Shown here: piece after piece, positions 49,358-57,551 of the stretch | Numbering within the stretch: position 1 is the stretch's first letter | Layout of the letters: every line of letters starts with the position of its first letter | The notes under the pieces: generated by a model | Database searches by the model: none | Told to the model about the DNA's origin: nothing | Seen by the model: the letters and a program-made list of their open reading frames with translations, nothing else | Program-made: the position numbers and the translations under genes | Origin: Luteitalea sp. | GTDB lineage: Bacteria > Acidobacteriota > Vicinamibacteria > Vicinamibacterales > Vicinamibacteraceae | Direction: 5' to 3' | DNA length: 64,000 bases | NCBI RefSeq assembly: GCF_044337415.1 | Contig: NZ_JBIINP010000001.1 | Span: forward strand, 10,321 to 74,320

Positions 49358-50312
49358 GAGTCTTGTATGTGGGAAGGGATGCGCCGCCCTGAGCCTCGGC
49401 CAGGGCCAGGCGCACGGCGCCAATCGCCGGGTCGGTGGTGAGCAACTGGACGTGCCCGCCGGGCACGTCCTCCGAGAGGCGGGTCCGCAGCGCGTCCTGC
49501 AGCCACGGAACCGCGTGGAACGCGCCGCCGGCCATCACGACCGGGAACGCCCCGTCGAGTGCCAGCTGGCGCACGACCGAGCGGACCGAGGCCGCCAATT
49601 CGTCAGCGGCCACTGACGCGATGTGGGTCGCCATGGCGTCGCCGGCGTCGCGCGCGGTCTGCACCAGGCTGGCGCACCGGGCGATGTCGCTCGGCTTCAG
49701 GTAGTGGCGGTAGACCTCGCGCACGAGCTGTTCCGGCCGCGTCACGCCGAAGAAGTCGAGCACGAGCGGCGTCAACGCGGTGGCGGGCCCGCGCCCGTCG
49801 GCCGCGCGCACGACGGCGCGCAGCGCCTGCCGGCCGATCCAGAAGCCGCTGCCCTCGTCGGCGAGGATGTAGCCCCACCCGCCGGCGCGCGCCGCCTCGG
49901 CGCGGTCGTTGCGACCGTAGGCGATGGATCCCGTGCCGGCGATCACCACCACGCCCGGCCCCACGCCCGCGCCCGCGACCAGGGCGATGAGCGCGTCGTT
50001 GGTCACGAGGATCCGCGCCCGTGCGCCGATGCGCCGCATGATGCCCTGGATGATGGCGTTGTCCTCGGCACGGTCGACGCCGGCGATGCCGAGGCAGATG
50101 ACGTCGGGCCGGAGGTGCCCCTCGCCCAGGACCTCGTCGATCAGCTCGTGCAGGGTCTTCTCGACCGCGAGTTCGCCGTGCGCCGCGAGGTTGGCGCCGC
50201 CGCGCCGGGCGCGGGCCACGACCGTACCGTTCCCATCGGCCAGCACGGCCTCTGTTTTCGTCCCGCCGGCGTCGATGCCGATCACGAGGGGAAGGGTGTG
50301 GCTGCCCGACAT
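49338..50312 (-). CDS. BadF/BadG/BcrA/BcrD-family N-acetylhexosamine kinase (GlcNAc/MurNAc kinase-like)
   Basis: IGIDAGGTKT, CLGIAGVD, VTNDALIAL, VIAGTGSIAYG, GGWGYILADEGSGFWIG. Confidence 0.88.
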   Translation of the reverse strand: MSGSHTLPLVIGIDAGGTKTEAVLADGNGTVVARARRGGANLAAHGELAVEKTLHELIDEVLGEGHLRPDVICLGIAGVDRAEDNAIIQGIMRRIGARARILVTNDALIALVAGAGVGPGVVVIAGTGSIAYGRNDRAEAARAGGWGYILADEGSGFWIGRQALRAVVRAADGRGPATALTPLVLDFFGVTRPEQLVREVYRHYLKPSDIARCASLVQTARDAGDAMATHIASVAADELAASVRSVVRQLALDGAFPVVMAGGAFHAVPWLQDALRTRLSEDVPGGHVQLLTTDPAIGAVRLALAEAQGGASLPTYKTRDHLAL

Positions 50313-50324
50313 CACGCGACCGCG

Positions 50325-50334
50325 AGTATATACT
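50325..50334. promoter_or_regulatory. Palindrome AGTATATACT between divergent genes (overlapping TATACT boxes and/or GntR-type operator)
   Basis: Perfect 10-bp AT-rich palindrome in a 61-bp GC-rich gap; reads TATACT on both strands. Confidence 0.5.
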
Positions 50335-50373
50335 TCGCATGCGCGTGCTCGTTCCCTCGCGCGCGCCGGATCG

Positions 50374-51648
50374 ATGCCCGTAGCCTCCCGCCGCGACCTC
50401 CTGCGGTTCTCCCTCGCAACCCTGCTGCCTGCCGTGGCCTGGCCACGCGTCATCGCCGCGCGCCCACAGCCCGGTGCGAGCGAGATGCGAGGCCTGTGGG
50501 TCACGCGCAGCTGGATGACGAGCCCGGCCCACGTCACGCAGGTGGTCGACGACGCAGCGCGGCACGGGTTGACGGCGATCTTCGTCCAGGTGCGGGGCCG
50601 GGGCGATGCCTTCTATCAGGGCGGGCCGGATCCTCGTGCCACCTTGCTGGCGCGTCAGCCGGCGGCCTTCGACCCGCTCGGCGATCTCGTCGCCCGCGCG
50701 CGGACCCGCGGCCTGCAGGTCCACGCCTGGCTGAACGCCAACCTGGTGGCGGGCGCCACTGCGATGCCGTCGGCATCACAGCACGTGGCCGTGCAGCATC
50801 CCGAGTGGCTGATGGTGCCGCGGCCGCTCGTCGACACCCTGCTGCCGATGTCGCCCAGGGACCCACGCTACGCCTCGACGCTGGCGGCCTGGAGCTTCAA
50901 GCAGAACGCGACGATCGAGGGCGTGTTCAGCTCGCCGCTGCTCGACGGCGCACAGGCCCGCCTCGACGCGATCGTCGATCACCTCACGACCCGGTACGCG
51001 CTGGACGGCCTGCACCTCGACTACATCCGCTTCCCGTCACCGGACTTCGACTACAGTCGTGCGGCGCTCACGGCCTTCCGCGCCTCGATCGCGCTCGAGC
51101 TGACCCCAGCCGAGCTGGCCGCGCTCGACGACCGCGCGGCGACGCGTCCGCTCGCCTTCGTCGACACGTATCCCGCCCGCTGGATCAGCTGGCGTCGCGA
51201 ACGTCTCACGCAGCTGGTGGCGCGGCTCGCCGCCACGGCTCGCCGCAACCGCCCCCAGGTCCGGATGACGGCTGCGGTGTGGCCCGATCCCGACTACGCT
51301 CGCGACTACAAGCTGCAGGACTGGGCCCGCTGGCTACGCGAGGGGCATATCGACGCGGCGTGTCCGATGCTGTACATGTCCAGCGGCGCCTCGTACGAGC
51401 GGCAACTGCAGGTGCTGGCCGACAGTACGGCGGGCGCCGTCTGGCCTGGGATCGGCGCCTACAAGATCGAGCCCGACGAGGCCTCGCGCCGCGTGGCCGT
51501 GGCCCGCGCGCGCGGCTTCACGGGCGTCCTCCTCTACTCCTACGACAGCATGACCGGCGGCGTGGGGCGGCCCTCGCCCTATCTGGCCGCCGTCCAGCGG
51601 CGCGTGTTCCGCGACGGCGCGGCGAGCCAGGTCGGTGCGACGCGCTGA
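50374..51648 (+). CDS. GH10-like (DUF187/YddW-DigH-like) glycoside hydrolase with Tat signal
   Basis: SRRDLL Tat motif, EMRGLWV, IFVQVRGRGDAFY, FDPL, VHAWLN, DGLHLDYIRFP, QDWARWLREG.ID...PMLY. Confidence 0.85.
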   Translation: MPVASRRDLLRFSLATLLPAVAWPRVIAARPQPGASEMRGLWVTRSWMTSPAHVTQVVDDAARHGLTAIFVQVRGRGDAFYQGGPDPRATLLARQPAAFDPLGDLVARARTRGLQVHAWLNANLVAGATAMPSASQHVAVQHPEWLMVPRPLVDTLLPMSPRDPRYASTLAAWSFKQNATIEGVFSSPLLDGAQARLDAIVDHLTTRYALDGLHLDYIRFPSPDFDYSRAALTAFRASIALELTPAELAALDDRAATRPLAFVDTYPARWISWRRERLTQLVARLAATARRNRPQVRMTAAVWPDPDYARDYKLQDWARWLREGHIDAACPMLYMSSGASYERQLQVLADSTAGAVWPGIGAYKIEPDEASRRVAVARARGFTGVLLYSYDSMTGGVGRPSPYLAAVQRRVFRDGAASQVGATR

Positions 51649-52678
51649 CGTCCCCGGCCTCTCGGCCGCCGCAGCGCTGCTCTCTGCCTCGGTCGACGAC
51701 GGACGCATCCCGGCCGCCGTGCTCGAGATCGGCACCTCGTCGGGGGTCGCCGGCCGGGCGGCCGTCGGCGTGCCAGACGACGCGTGCTTCGACCTGGCGT
51801 CGCTGACCAAGGTGCTCGGCACAGGGCTCCTCGCCACGCACCTGTGTGGACGACGCCTCCTGGATCTCGACATGCCGGTCCGCACCCTGATGCCCGACTG
51901 GCGTGGCGCCGACCGCGCCGACGTCCGTGTGCGTGACCTGCTGGCGCATGCCGCTGGACTGCCCGCCCACCTGCCCCTGTTCGAGCGGCATCGTGGGGCC
52001 GAGGCGCTGGCGGCGGCCAGCGCGCGGGCTCCCCTGGCCTGTGCGCCTCGCAGCGCGGCCATCTACAGTGACCTCGGCTTCATCGTGCTGGGGGCCCTGC
52101 TCGCGGTCATCACCGAGTCGCGGCTCGACGAGCAGATTCACACGCTCCTCGGCTGGCTGAGCCCTGCCCCGCCCCGCTTCGGCCCGCTCGCCTGCACGGC
52201 GCTGGTGCAGGGGACGGGGACGAGCGCCTGGCGCGGGCGGGCGCTGTGTGGCGAGGTGCACGACGACAACGCCGCGGCGATGCACGGGGTGGCTGGCCAC
52301 GCCGGCCTCTTCGGGACGGTCGGCGGCGTCGGCGACATCGCGAGGGCGGTGCTCGGAGGCGTCCGCGGGGCGGAGACGCCCATCGGGCCGAGTTGGGTGG
52401 TGCGGGCGTTCGCGCGCCGGTCCCCGGTCCCCGGGTCGTCCCGGGCGCTCGCCTGGGACACGGCGCTGCCCACCTCGTCGTGCGGCCCACGGCTGTCGGC
52501 ATCCGCGATCGGCCACACGGGATTCACCGGGACCTCGGTCTGGATCGACCCGGCGCGGGATCTCTACGTGGTCCTGCTCACCAATCGGGTCGCCGGGCGG
52601 GCCACCGCGGCAGACATGGCTGACCTCCGCCGGTCCGTCCACACGACGATCGGGGCCGCCTGGGAAGGCCCGGCCTGA
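51635..52678 (+). CDS. Serine hydrolase, beta-lactamase class C/AmiE-like fold
   Basis: FDLASLTK (SxxK), DLLAHAAGLP, YSDLGF, GEVHDDNA, AGHAGLFG, GHTGFTGT. Confidence 0.85.
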   Translation: MRRADVPGLSAAAALLSASVDDGRIPAAVLEIGTSSGVAGRAAVGVPDDACFDLASLTKVLGTGLLATHLCGRRLLDLDMPVRTLMPDWRGADRADVRVRDLLAHAAGLPAHLPLFERHRGAEALAAASARAPLACAPRSAAIYSDLGFIVLGALLAVITESRLDEQIHTLLGWLSPAPPRFGPLACTALVQGTGTSAWRGRALCGEVHDDNAAAMHGVAGHAGLFGTVGGVGDIARAVLGGVRGAETPIGPSWVVRAFARRSPVPGSSRALAWDTALPTSSCGPRLSASAIGHTGFTGTSVWIDPARDLYVVLLTNRVAGRATAADMADLRRSVHTTIGAAWEGPA

Positions 52679-53832
52679 TGCCGACGCCGCACGCGCTCAT
52701 CGCGCTCCTGTGTGCGTTCTTCGTCGCGCTCGGCCTCAGCATCGCCACGCTGGGCCCGGCGTTACACGAGTTCGCCCAGGTCGCCGGGTTGCCCGTCTCG
52801 GCGATGGGCGTGCTGTACAGCGCGTTGTTCGCCGGGTTTCTCGCGTCGCAGGTGTCGGCGGCTTTCCTGCTCGACCGCGTGGGCACGCGGCCCACCATCC
52901 TCGGCGCGATCGCCGTGTTCGCCGCTGGCACTGCCGCGCTGGCGGTGGCGCCGGGCGCCACGTCGTTGCTGGCGGGGAGCGCGGTGTTGGGCGCCGGCTA
53001 CGGGTTCGGCACCATCGGCATCAACCTGGTGGCCTCGCGCCTGCTGGCCCATCGCCCGGCCTTCGTGGTCAACCTGATCAATGCGCTCTACGGCGTGGGC
53101 ACGGTCATCGGCCCGCTGATTACGAGTGCGGCCTTGCGGACCGGGGGGCAGGCCCGGTGGGTGCCGCTGGTCGGAGGAGTTTGTGCGCTGGGCCTGCTGC
53201 CATGGGCCTGGCGTGTCCTTCCCGGCGATCCTGCGCCGTCCCGGCGGGTCGACGGTCCGACGAGCGGCCATCGGACGGTGCCGACCGCGTTGGTGCTCAT
53301 CGGGGTCCTGGTCTTCCTCTACGGCGGCGTCGAGTCGGGTTTCAGTGGCTGGGCGCCCACCTACCTCGAGCAGACCCTGGGGATTTCGCCGGCCGATGCC
53401 GCGCTCGCCATGTCGGCGTACTGGTCGTCGTACCTGGCCGGCCGCATCGTGTCGACGCTCCTTGCACTGCGGGTGGGGCCGGCGACCGTCTTGTGGGGCT
53501 CGTTGGCGGTGTTGGCGGCGGGTGGCGTGTGCCTCCTCGCGGGCCTGGGGCAACGGCTGCCGACGACGGTGGCCCTGGTCCTGCTCGGTGGCGCGACTGG
53601 CCCCATCTACCCGTCGATGTTCGGGGTCGTGACCAGTCGGTTCGCCGACCGTGCGGCGTTTGCCGTATCGATCGTCGCCGCCATCGGCTGTGTCGGGGCC
53701 ATGCTGCTGCCCTGGGGCATGGGACTCACCTTGCCGCTGGCCGGCGGGCGGATACTGGCCTCGTTCCCTCTGCTGCTCTGCCTCGGCATGGCGCTGGCCC
53801 TGTACGGGGCCCGCCCGCGCGCCCCCCGCTGA
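52678..53832 (+). CDS. MFS transporter (FucP/TsgA-like)
   Basis: About 12 hydrophobic segments, GPALHEFA, LINALYGVG..IGP, YGGVESG, GPIYPS. Confidence 0.85.
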   Translation: MPTPHALIALLCAFFVALGLSIATLGPALHEFAQVAGLPVSAMGVLYSALFAGFLASQVSAAFLLDRVGTRPTILGAIAVFAAGTAALAVAPGATSLLAGSAVLGAGYGFGTIGINLVASRLLAHRPAFVVNLINALYGVGTVIGPLITSAALRTGGQARWVPLVGGVCALGLLPWAWRVLPGDPAPSRRVDGPTSGHRTVPTALVLIGVLVFLYGGVESGFSGWAPTYLEQTLGISPADAALAMSAYWSSYLAGRIVSTLLALRVGPATVLWGSLAVLAAGGVCLLAGLGQRLPTTVALVLLGGATGPIYPSMFGVVTSRFADRAAFAVSIVAAIGCVGAMLLPWGMGLTLPLAGGRILASFPLLLCLGMALALYGARPRAPR

Positions 53833-53856
53833 TCCCGGACGAGGCAGACGCGCCGA

Positions 53857-54621
53857 TCACTGCCGGCGAATGGTGTTGCCGTAGGGATTGGGCGGCAGCC
53901 CGCCGGGCGATGTCGCTCCAGGGCCGCTCTGTCCTCCCGGACGCTGGCCGGGGCCACCCGGTCGCTGGTTCTGCCCGGGTTGCTGCTGCACGCCGAAGAA
54001 TCGCGGCGTGATGTCCTCGATGGCGACTTCCCACTGGTCGTACTGGGTGCGCCCCTTCCACGCGCGCAAGGACGTTTCCTTGCTCGTGCTGACCACTCCC
54101 CGGATGCCGCCGACGGCGCCACCGGCGGCGCCCATGCCGGGCTGCAGGATCTGGCCCGGGGCCATCGATGTGCCTCCGGGGCCCATCCCCTGCCCGGCGC
54201 GCGAGGGGCCGGCCGGCCCCTCGGTCAGGGCGCCCGGTCGGACACTCGTGCCGGCGCCTCCCTCCCCGACGCCGGGTACCGTGGCGGTCATGCCCGGTGA
54301 GACCTGCCCCACCCGCAGCACCGTGAAGTCCTTGCCGGTCATCGGATCCTTGTACTTGCGGCGGAGGTAGCGTTCCTTCACCAGGTCGTCGAGGTTGGCT
54401 GGCGAGGCGCCCGGGAGCTTGCGTTGGTACAGCGCCAGCGCGTGGGCGTATTGCCTGAGGCGGAACAACAGTTCCTCCTCCTTCTCGCGCTTGGCCTGCT
54501 GTTTCCACACCGGCATGGCCATCGACATCAGCGTGAGCATCACCGCCAACGCTACGAGCAGCACGGCCATGGCGTAGCCGCGCGCGTCTGACACAGCCGG
54601 GGTCTGATCGGGGGGCCTCAT
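53857..54621 (-). CDS. Type II secretion/pilin-like protein (minor pseudopilin lacking Glu5); start uncertain (54621 ATG or 54594 GTG)
   Basis: ARG|YAMAVLLVALAVML prepilin-like segment, KREKEEELLFR, YLRRKYKDPMTG, P/G/Q-rich tail. Confidence 0.7.
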   Translation of the reverse strand: MRPPDQTPAVSDARGYAMAVLLVALAVMLTLMSMAMPVWKQQAKREKEEELLFRLRQYAHALALYQRKLPGASPANLDDLVKERYLRRKYKDPMTGKDFTVLRVGQVSPGMTATVPGVGEGGAGTSVRPGALTEGPAGPSRAGQGMGPGGTSMAPGQILQPGMGAAGGAVGGIRGVVSTSKETSLRAWKGRTQYDQWEVAIEDITPRFFGVQQQPGQNQRPGGPGQRPGGQSGPGATSPGGLPPNPYGNTIRRQ

Positions 54622-54643
54622 GCGTTTGGTATTCTTGCCAGTC

Positions 54644-55849
54644 ATGCTAGCACCGCGTCACGCCGGCCGGCCGATTGCCCTCCGGGCCCTCCTCGGCACG
54701 CTGCCCGTGCTGATCGCGCTCGTCGCGGGCGCCTGCAACAAGGTGCCCCTCACGGCGCCGACTGATTCAGCGGTCACCCTGTTCGCCGCCCAGACCGTGG
54801 TGGCGCTGAACGGGACCGTCGAGATCACGGCCAACGTCACCGAACCCGGGGGCGTGCCCGTGCAAAACGGCACGCAGGTGAACTTCACCACCACGCTCGG
54901 GTCGCTCGAGCCGGCCGAGGCGCGCACCAACGGGGGCAAGGCCACGGTGCGCCTCAGTGCCGGCACGGCGTCCGGCATCGCCCGGGTCCGAGCGTTCTCC
55001 GGCGGGGCGCAGGCCGAGGCCGTGGAAATCCGGGTCGGTGCGGCGGCGGCCTCGCAGCTCACGCTCAGCGCGCTGCCCAGCGCGGTGGGGGCCAATGGCG
55101 GGACGGTGGACCTGTTGGCCGTGGCGACGGGCGAGAACAACCAGCGCCTCCCCGGCGTGCCGGTCACCTTCGCGACCACGGCGGGCTCCCTGCGCGACGC
55201 CACCGTCATCACCGACGGCAATGGCGAGGCGCGGACGCTGTTGACGACCACGCGCGAGGCCACCGTGACGGCCACGGTCGGCACGGTGCAGGCCACGACC
55301 ACGGTGCGCGTCACCACGCGGCCGATCATCACGCTGACTGGGCCGTCCACGGCCGTCGGCGAGGGTGAGACGACCACGTTCACGGTCAACGTGCAGCCAC
55401 AGACCAACGGCGACGCCGTGCGGGACGTGGTGATCGACTTCGGCGACGGCGAACGACGGTCCCTGGGGGCCCTGACGGGGTCGCGGACGGTGCAGAAGGT
55501 CTACGCGCGCAAGGGCACGTATCAGGTGACCGTCTCGGTGCTCGATACCGGCGGCGAGACGACGACGGCGACGACGACGGTCACGGTCGAGGAGCGGGTC
55601 ATCAACGTGACCCTGACGGCCTCGCCCTCGACGGCGGGCGTCAACACGGTCGTGCAGTTCACCGCCACGGCCTCTGGCACCAACATCGTGACCTACAACT
55701 GGAACCTGGGCGATGGCGACACGCGCGTGACGACCGGACCGACGACGAGCAAGGTCTACGGATCGGCTGGTCGCCGGCGGGTGTCGGTGGAAGTGGTCAA
55801 CGCCGTCGGGCAGCGTGGGATTGCCACGATCGAGGTGCTAATCCAGTAG
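54644..55849 (+). CDS. Lipoprotein with Ig-like (invasin Big_1-like) and PKD domains
   Basis: Lipobox VAGA-C, T/V/A-rich beta sandwiches (VTFATTAGSL), PKD motifs IDFGDG and YNWNLGDG. Confidence 0.75.
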   Translation: MLAPRHAGRPIALRALLGTLPVLIALVAGACNKVPLTAPTDSAVTLFAAQTVVALNGTVEITANVTEPGGVPVQNGTQVNFTTTLGSLEPAEARTNGGKATVRLSAGTASGIARVRAFSGGAQAEAVEIRVGAAAASQLTLSALPSAVGANGGTVDLLAVATGENNQRLPGVPVTFATTAGSLRDATVITDGNGEARTLLTTTREATVTATVGTVQATTTVRVTTRPIITLTGPSTAVGEGETTTFTVNVQPQTNGDAVRDVVIDFGDGERRSLGALTGSRTVQKVYARKGTYQVTVSVLDTGGETTTATTTVTVEERVINVTLTASPSTAGVNTVVQFTATASGTNIVTYNWNLGDGDTRVTTGPTTSKVYGSAGRRRVSVEVVNAVGQRGIATIEVLIQ

Positions 55850-56005
55850 CGCTGCGGCGTGGAGCCATCGAGGGGCACGCGCGTCTGCGTGCCCCGTCCG
55901 AAGCGCCGGCTGTCCAGTGACGCCCGGCGCTTCTTTTGGTCTTTATGCTCGTTAAAACAAAGTGCTTCTTTGCCCGATGTGATGATCCTTAGCCGCACCT
56001 CATTC

Positions 56006-56048
56006 AACAAACTTGTCGCACTATGTCAGATGAGAAACATTAATGTCG
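56006..56048 (+). promoter_or_regulatory. Paired ACA-N4-TGTC sites, putative enhancer for the porin promoter
   Basis: AACAAACTTGTCG (56006-56018) and AACATTAATGTCG (56036-56048), 30 bp apart. Confidence 0.6.
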
Positions 56049-56140
56049 GATCTCGGATTCCTGGGGGCACCAGGCGGTAGAGGCGCAATGGATTGTAGAA
56101 ATTCGACTTAGCCTCAACGTGTGACAACCGCGGACGACAG

Positions 56141-56156
56141 CGGCACGGGCTTTGAT
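56141..56156 (+). promoter_or_regulatory. Sigma54-like -24/-12 promoter CGGCACG-GGCT-TTGAT
   Basis: Matches TGGCACG-N4-TTGCW except at the first base and C to A at -12. Confidence 0.5.
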
Positions 56157-56171
56157 AGAGAGAGGAAGTGC

Positions 56172-57446
56172 ATGGCATCCTCTGCCCACTTTGTCTCGTC
56201 ATGGACTCGCCCCGCTGGCGTCGTCTCGGCCCTGACTCTGGCGTCCCTGGTGCTGGTCGCCCCCGCCGCCGCCCAGAGCGGGACGACGGCCGCCGCCGGT
56301 GAGCAGCCAACGCCGGTCACCACGACGGCCGCCCTGATCGAGAAGGCGCCGCCAGAGCCCCAGTCGCCGGCTCAGGCCCCTGCGCCCGCCCAGCCCGTGG
56401 AGGTCGCCGCTCCCGCCCCCACCAACCCCTGGATGCGGCTCTTCGGCCCCACCAAGGTGTCGACAACGGGCGACACGTACTACGCCTACAACGGCAACGA
56501 GCCCTCGTCTGGCAAGAACGTCCTTCGCAACTTCGACGAGAACGACAACCAGTTCTCCGGCAGCTACTTCGAGATCGCGTTCGAGCAGGTGCCGACCGAG
56601 AAGCGCCGCCTCGGCTTCCGGACCGACATCGGGTTCGGACCGACGGCGACGTGGGTCAACTCGACCGATCCGGATGATGGGGCCCTGAAGTACCTGCAGC
56701 AGGCCTACGTGAGCGTCCTGGCTCCGGTGGGCCGCGGCCTCCAGATCGACGTCGGCAAGTTCAACACGCCGATCGGGGCCGAGCCGACCGAAACCGCCTA
56801 CAACTGGAACTATTCGCGTTCGCTGCTCTTCTCGTGGGCGGCCCCCTACTACCATCTCGGGATGCGGGCCTCGCTGCCGCTCAGCGACACCGTGTCGGTG
56901 TCGGGCTACCTCATCAACGGCTGGAACAATGCCCAGGACAACAACCGGGGCAAGACCGGGGCGGCGACGGTCAGCTGGAAGGTCACGCCGGCGCTCACCC
57001 TCTCGCAGGCCTGGATGGGCGGCCCCGAGGGGCCCAACGGCGCGGCGGGCTGGCGCAACCTCTACGACACCATCGCGACCTGGACGGTGAACCCGCGGCT
57101 GACCCTGATGACCAACATCGACATCGGTCGCGACACGGTGGGCGGCGTGACCACGGCGTGGCAGGGCATCGCCGGGTATGGGCGGGTGGTGGTGCTCCCC
57201 TCCTGGGCCCTGGCCAGCCGGTTCGAGGTCTTCGAAGATCGTGATGGTTTCATGACGGGCACCGCCCAGACCATCCAGGAAATCACCCTGACCAGCGAGC
57301 ACACCATCGTGAAGGGGCTCGCCTTGCGCGTCGAGTACCGGCGCGACTGGTCCGACGAGGATTTCTTCGAGTACAAGACGGACCAGTTCCGGCCACAGCA
57401 GAACACGATCCTCTTCGGCTTCACCTACGCCCTGGCCACGCCCTGA
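56172..57446 (+). CDS. Outer-membrane beta-barrel porin (OmpL-like/BBP2 family)
   Basis: SD AGAGGAAG, signal peptide (APAAA-Q), DTYYAYN, LQQAYVS, DVGKFNTPIGAE, NWNYSRSLLF, NGWNN, RVEYRRD, terminal FGFTYAL. Confidence 0.8.
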   Translation: MASSAHFVSSWTRPAGVVSALTLASLVLVAPAAAQSGTTAAAGEQPTPVTTTAALIEKAPPEPQSPAQAPAPAQPVEVAAPAPTNPWMRLFGPTKVSTTGDTYYAYNGNEPSSGKNVLRNFDENDNQFSGSYFEIAFEQVPTEKRRLGFRTDIGFGPTATWVNSTDPDDGALKYLQQAYVSVLAPVGRGLQIDVGKFNTPIGAEPTETAYNWNYSRSLLFSWAAPYYHLGMRASLPLSDTVSVSGYLINGWNNAQDNNRGKTGAATVSWKVTPALTLSQAWMGGPEGPNGAAGWRNLYDTIATWTVNPRLTLMTNIDIGRDTVGGVTTAWQGIAGYGRVVVLPSWALASRFEVFEDRDGFMTGTAQTIQEITLTSEHTIVKGLALRVEYRRDWSDEDFFEYKTDQFRPQQNTILFGFTYALATP

Positions 57447-57455
57447 GGTGCGAGC

Positions 57456-57482
57456 GGCGGGCCGTCACTGGGGCGGCCCGCC
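57456..57482 (+). terminator. GC-rich hairpin after the porin gene
   Basis: 9-bp stem GGCGGGCCG/CGGCCCGCC with a 9-nt loop; no U-tract. Confidence 0.4.
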
Positions 57483-57551
57483 ACGCTGACCAGCCGATTG
57501 CGTCATGCGCCACGGTTCTGCGCTCACGGCGACGCCGGAAAGGCGTAGGCT

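Noticed and set aside
51635-52678. Beta-lactam resistance gene
   Set aside because: No signal peptide is evident, the YxN position reads YSD, and the amino-sugar context favours an amidase or esterase.
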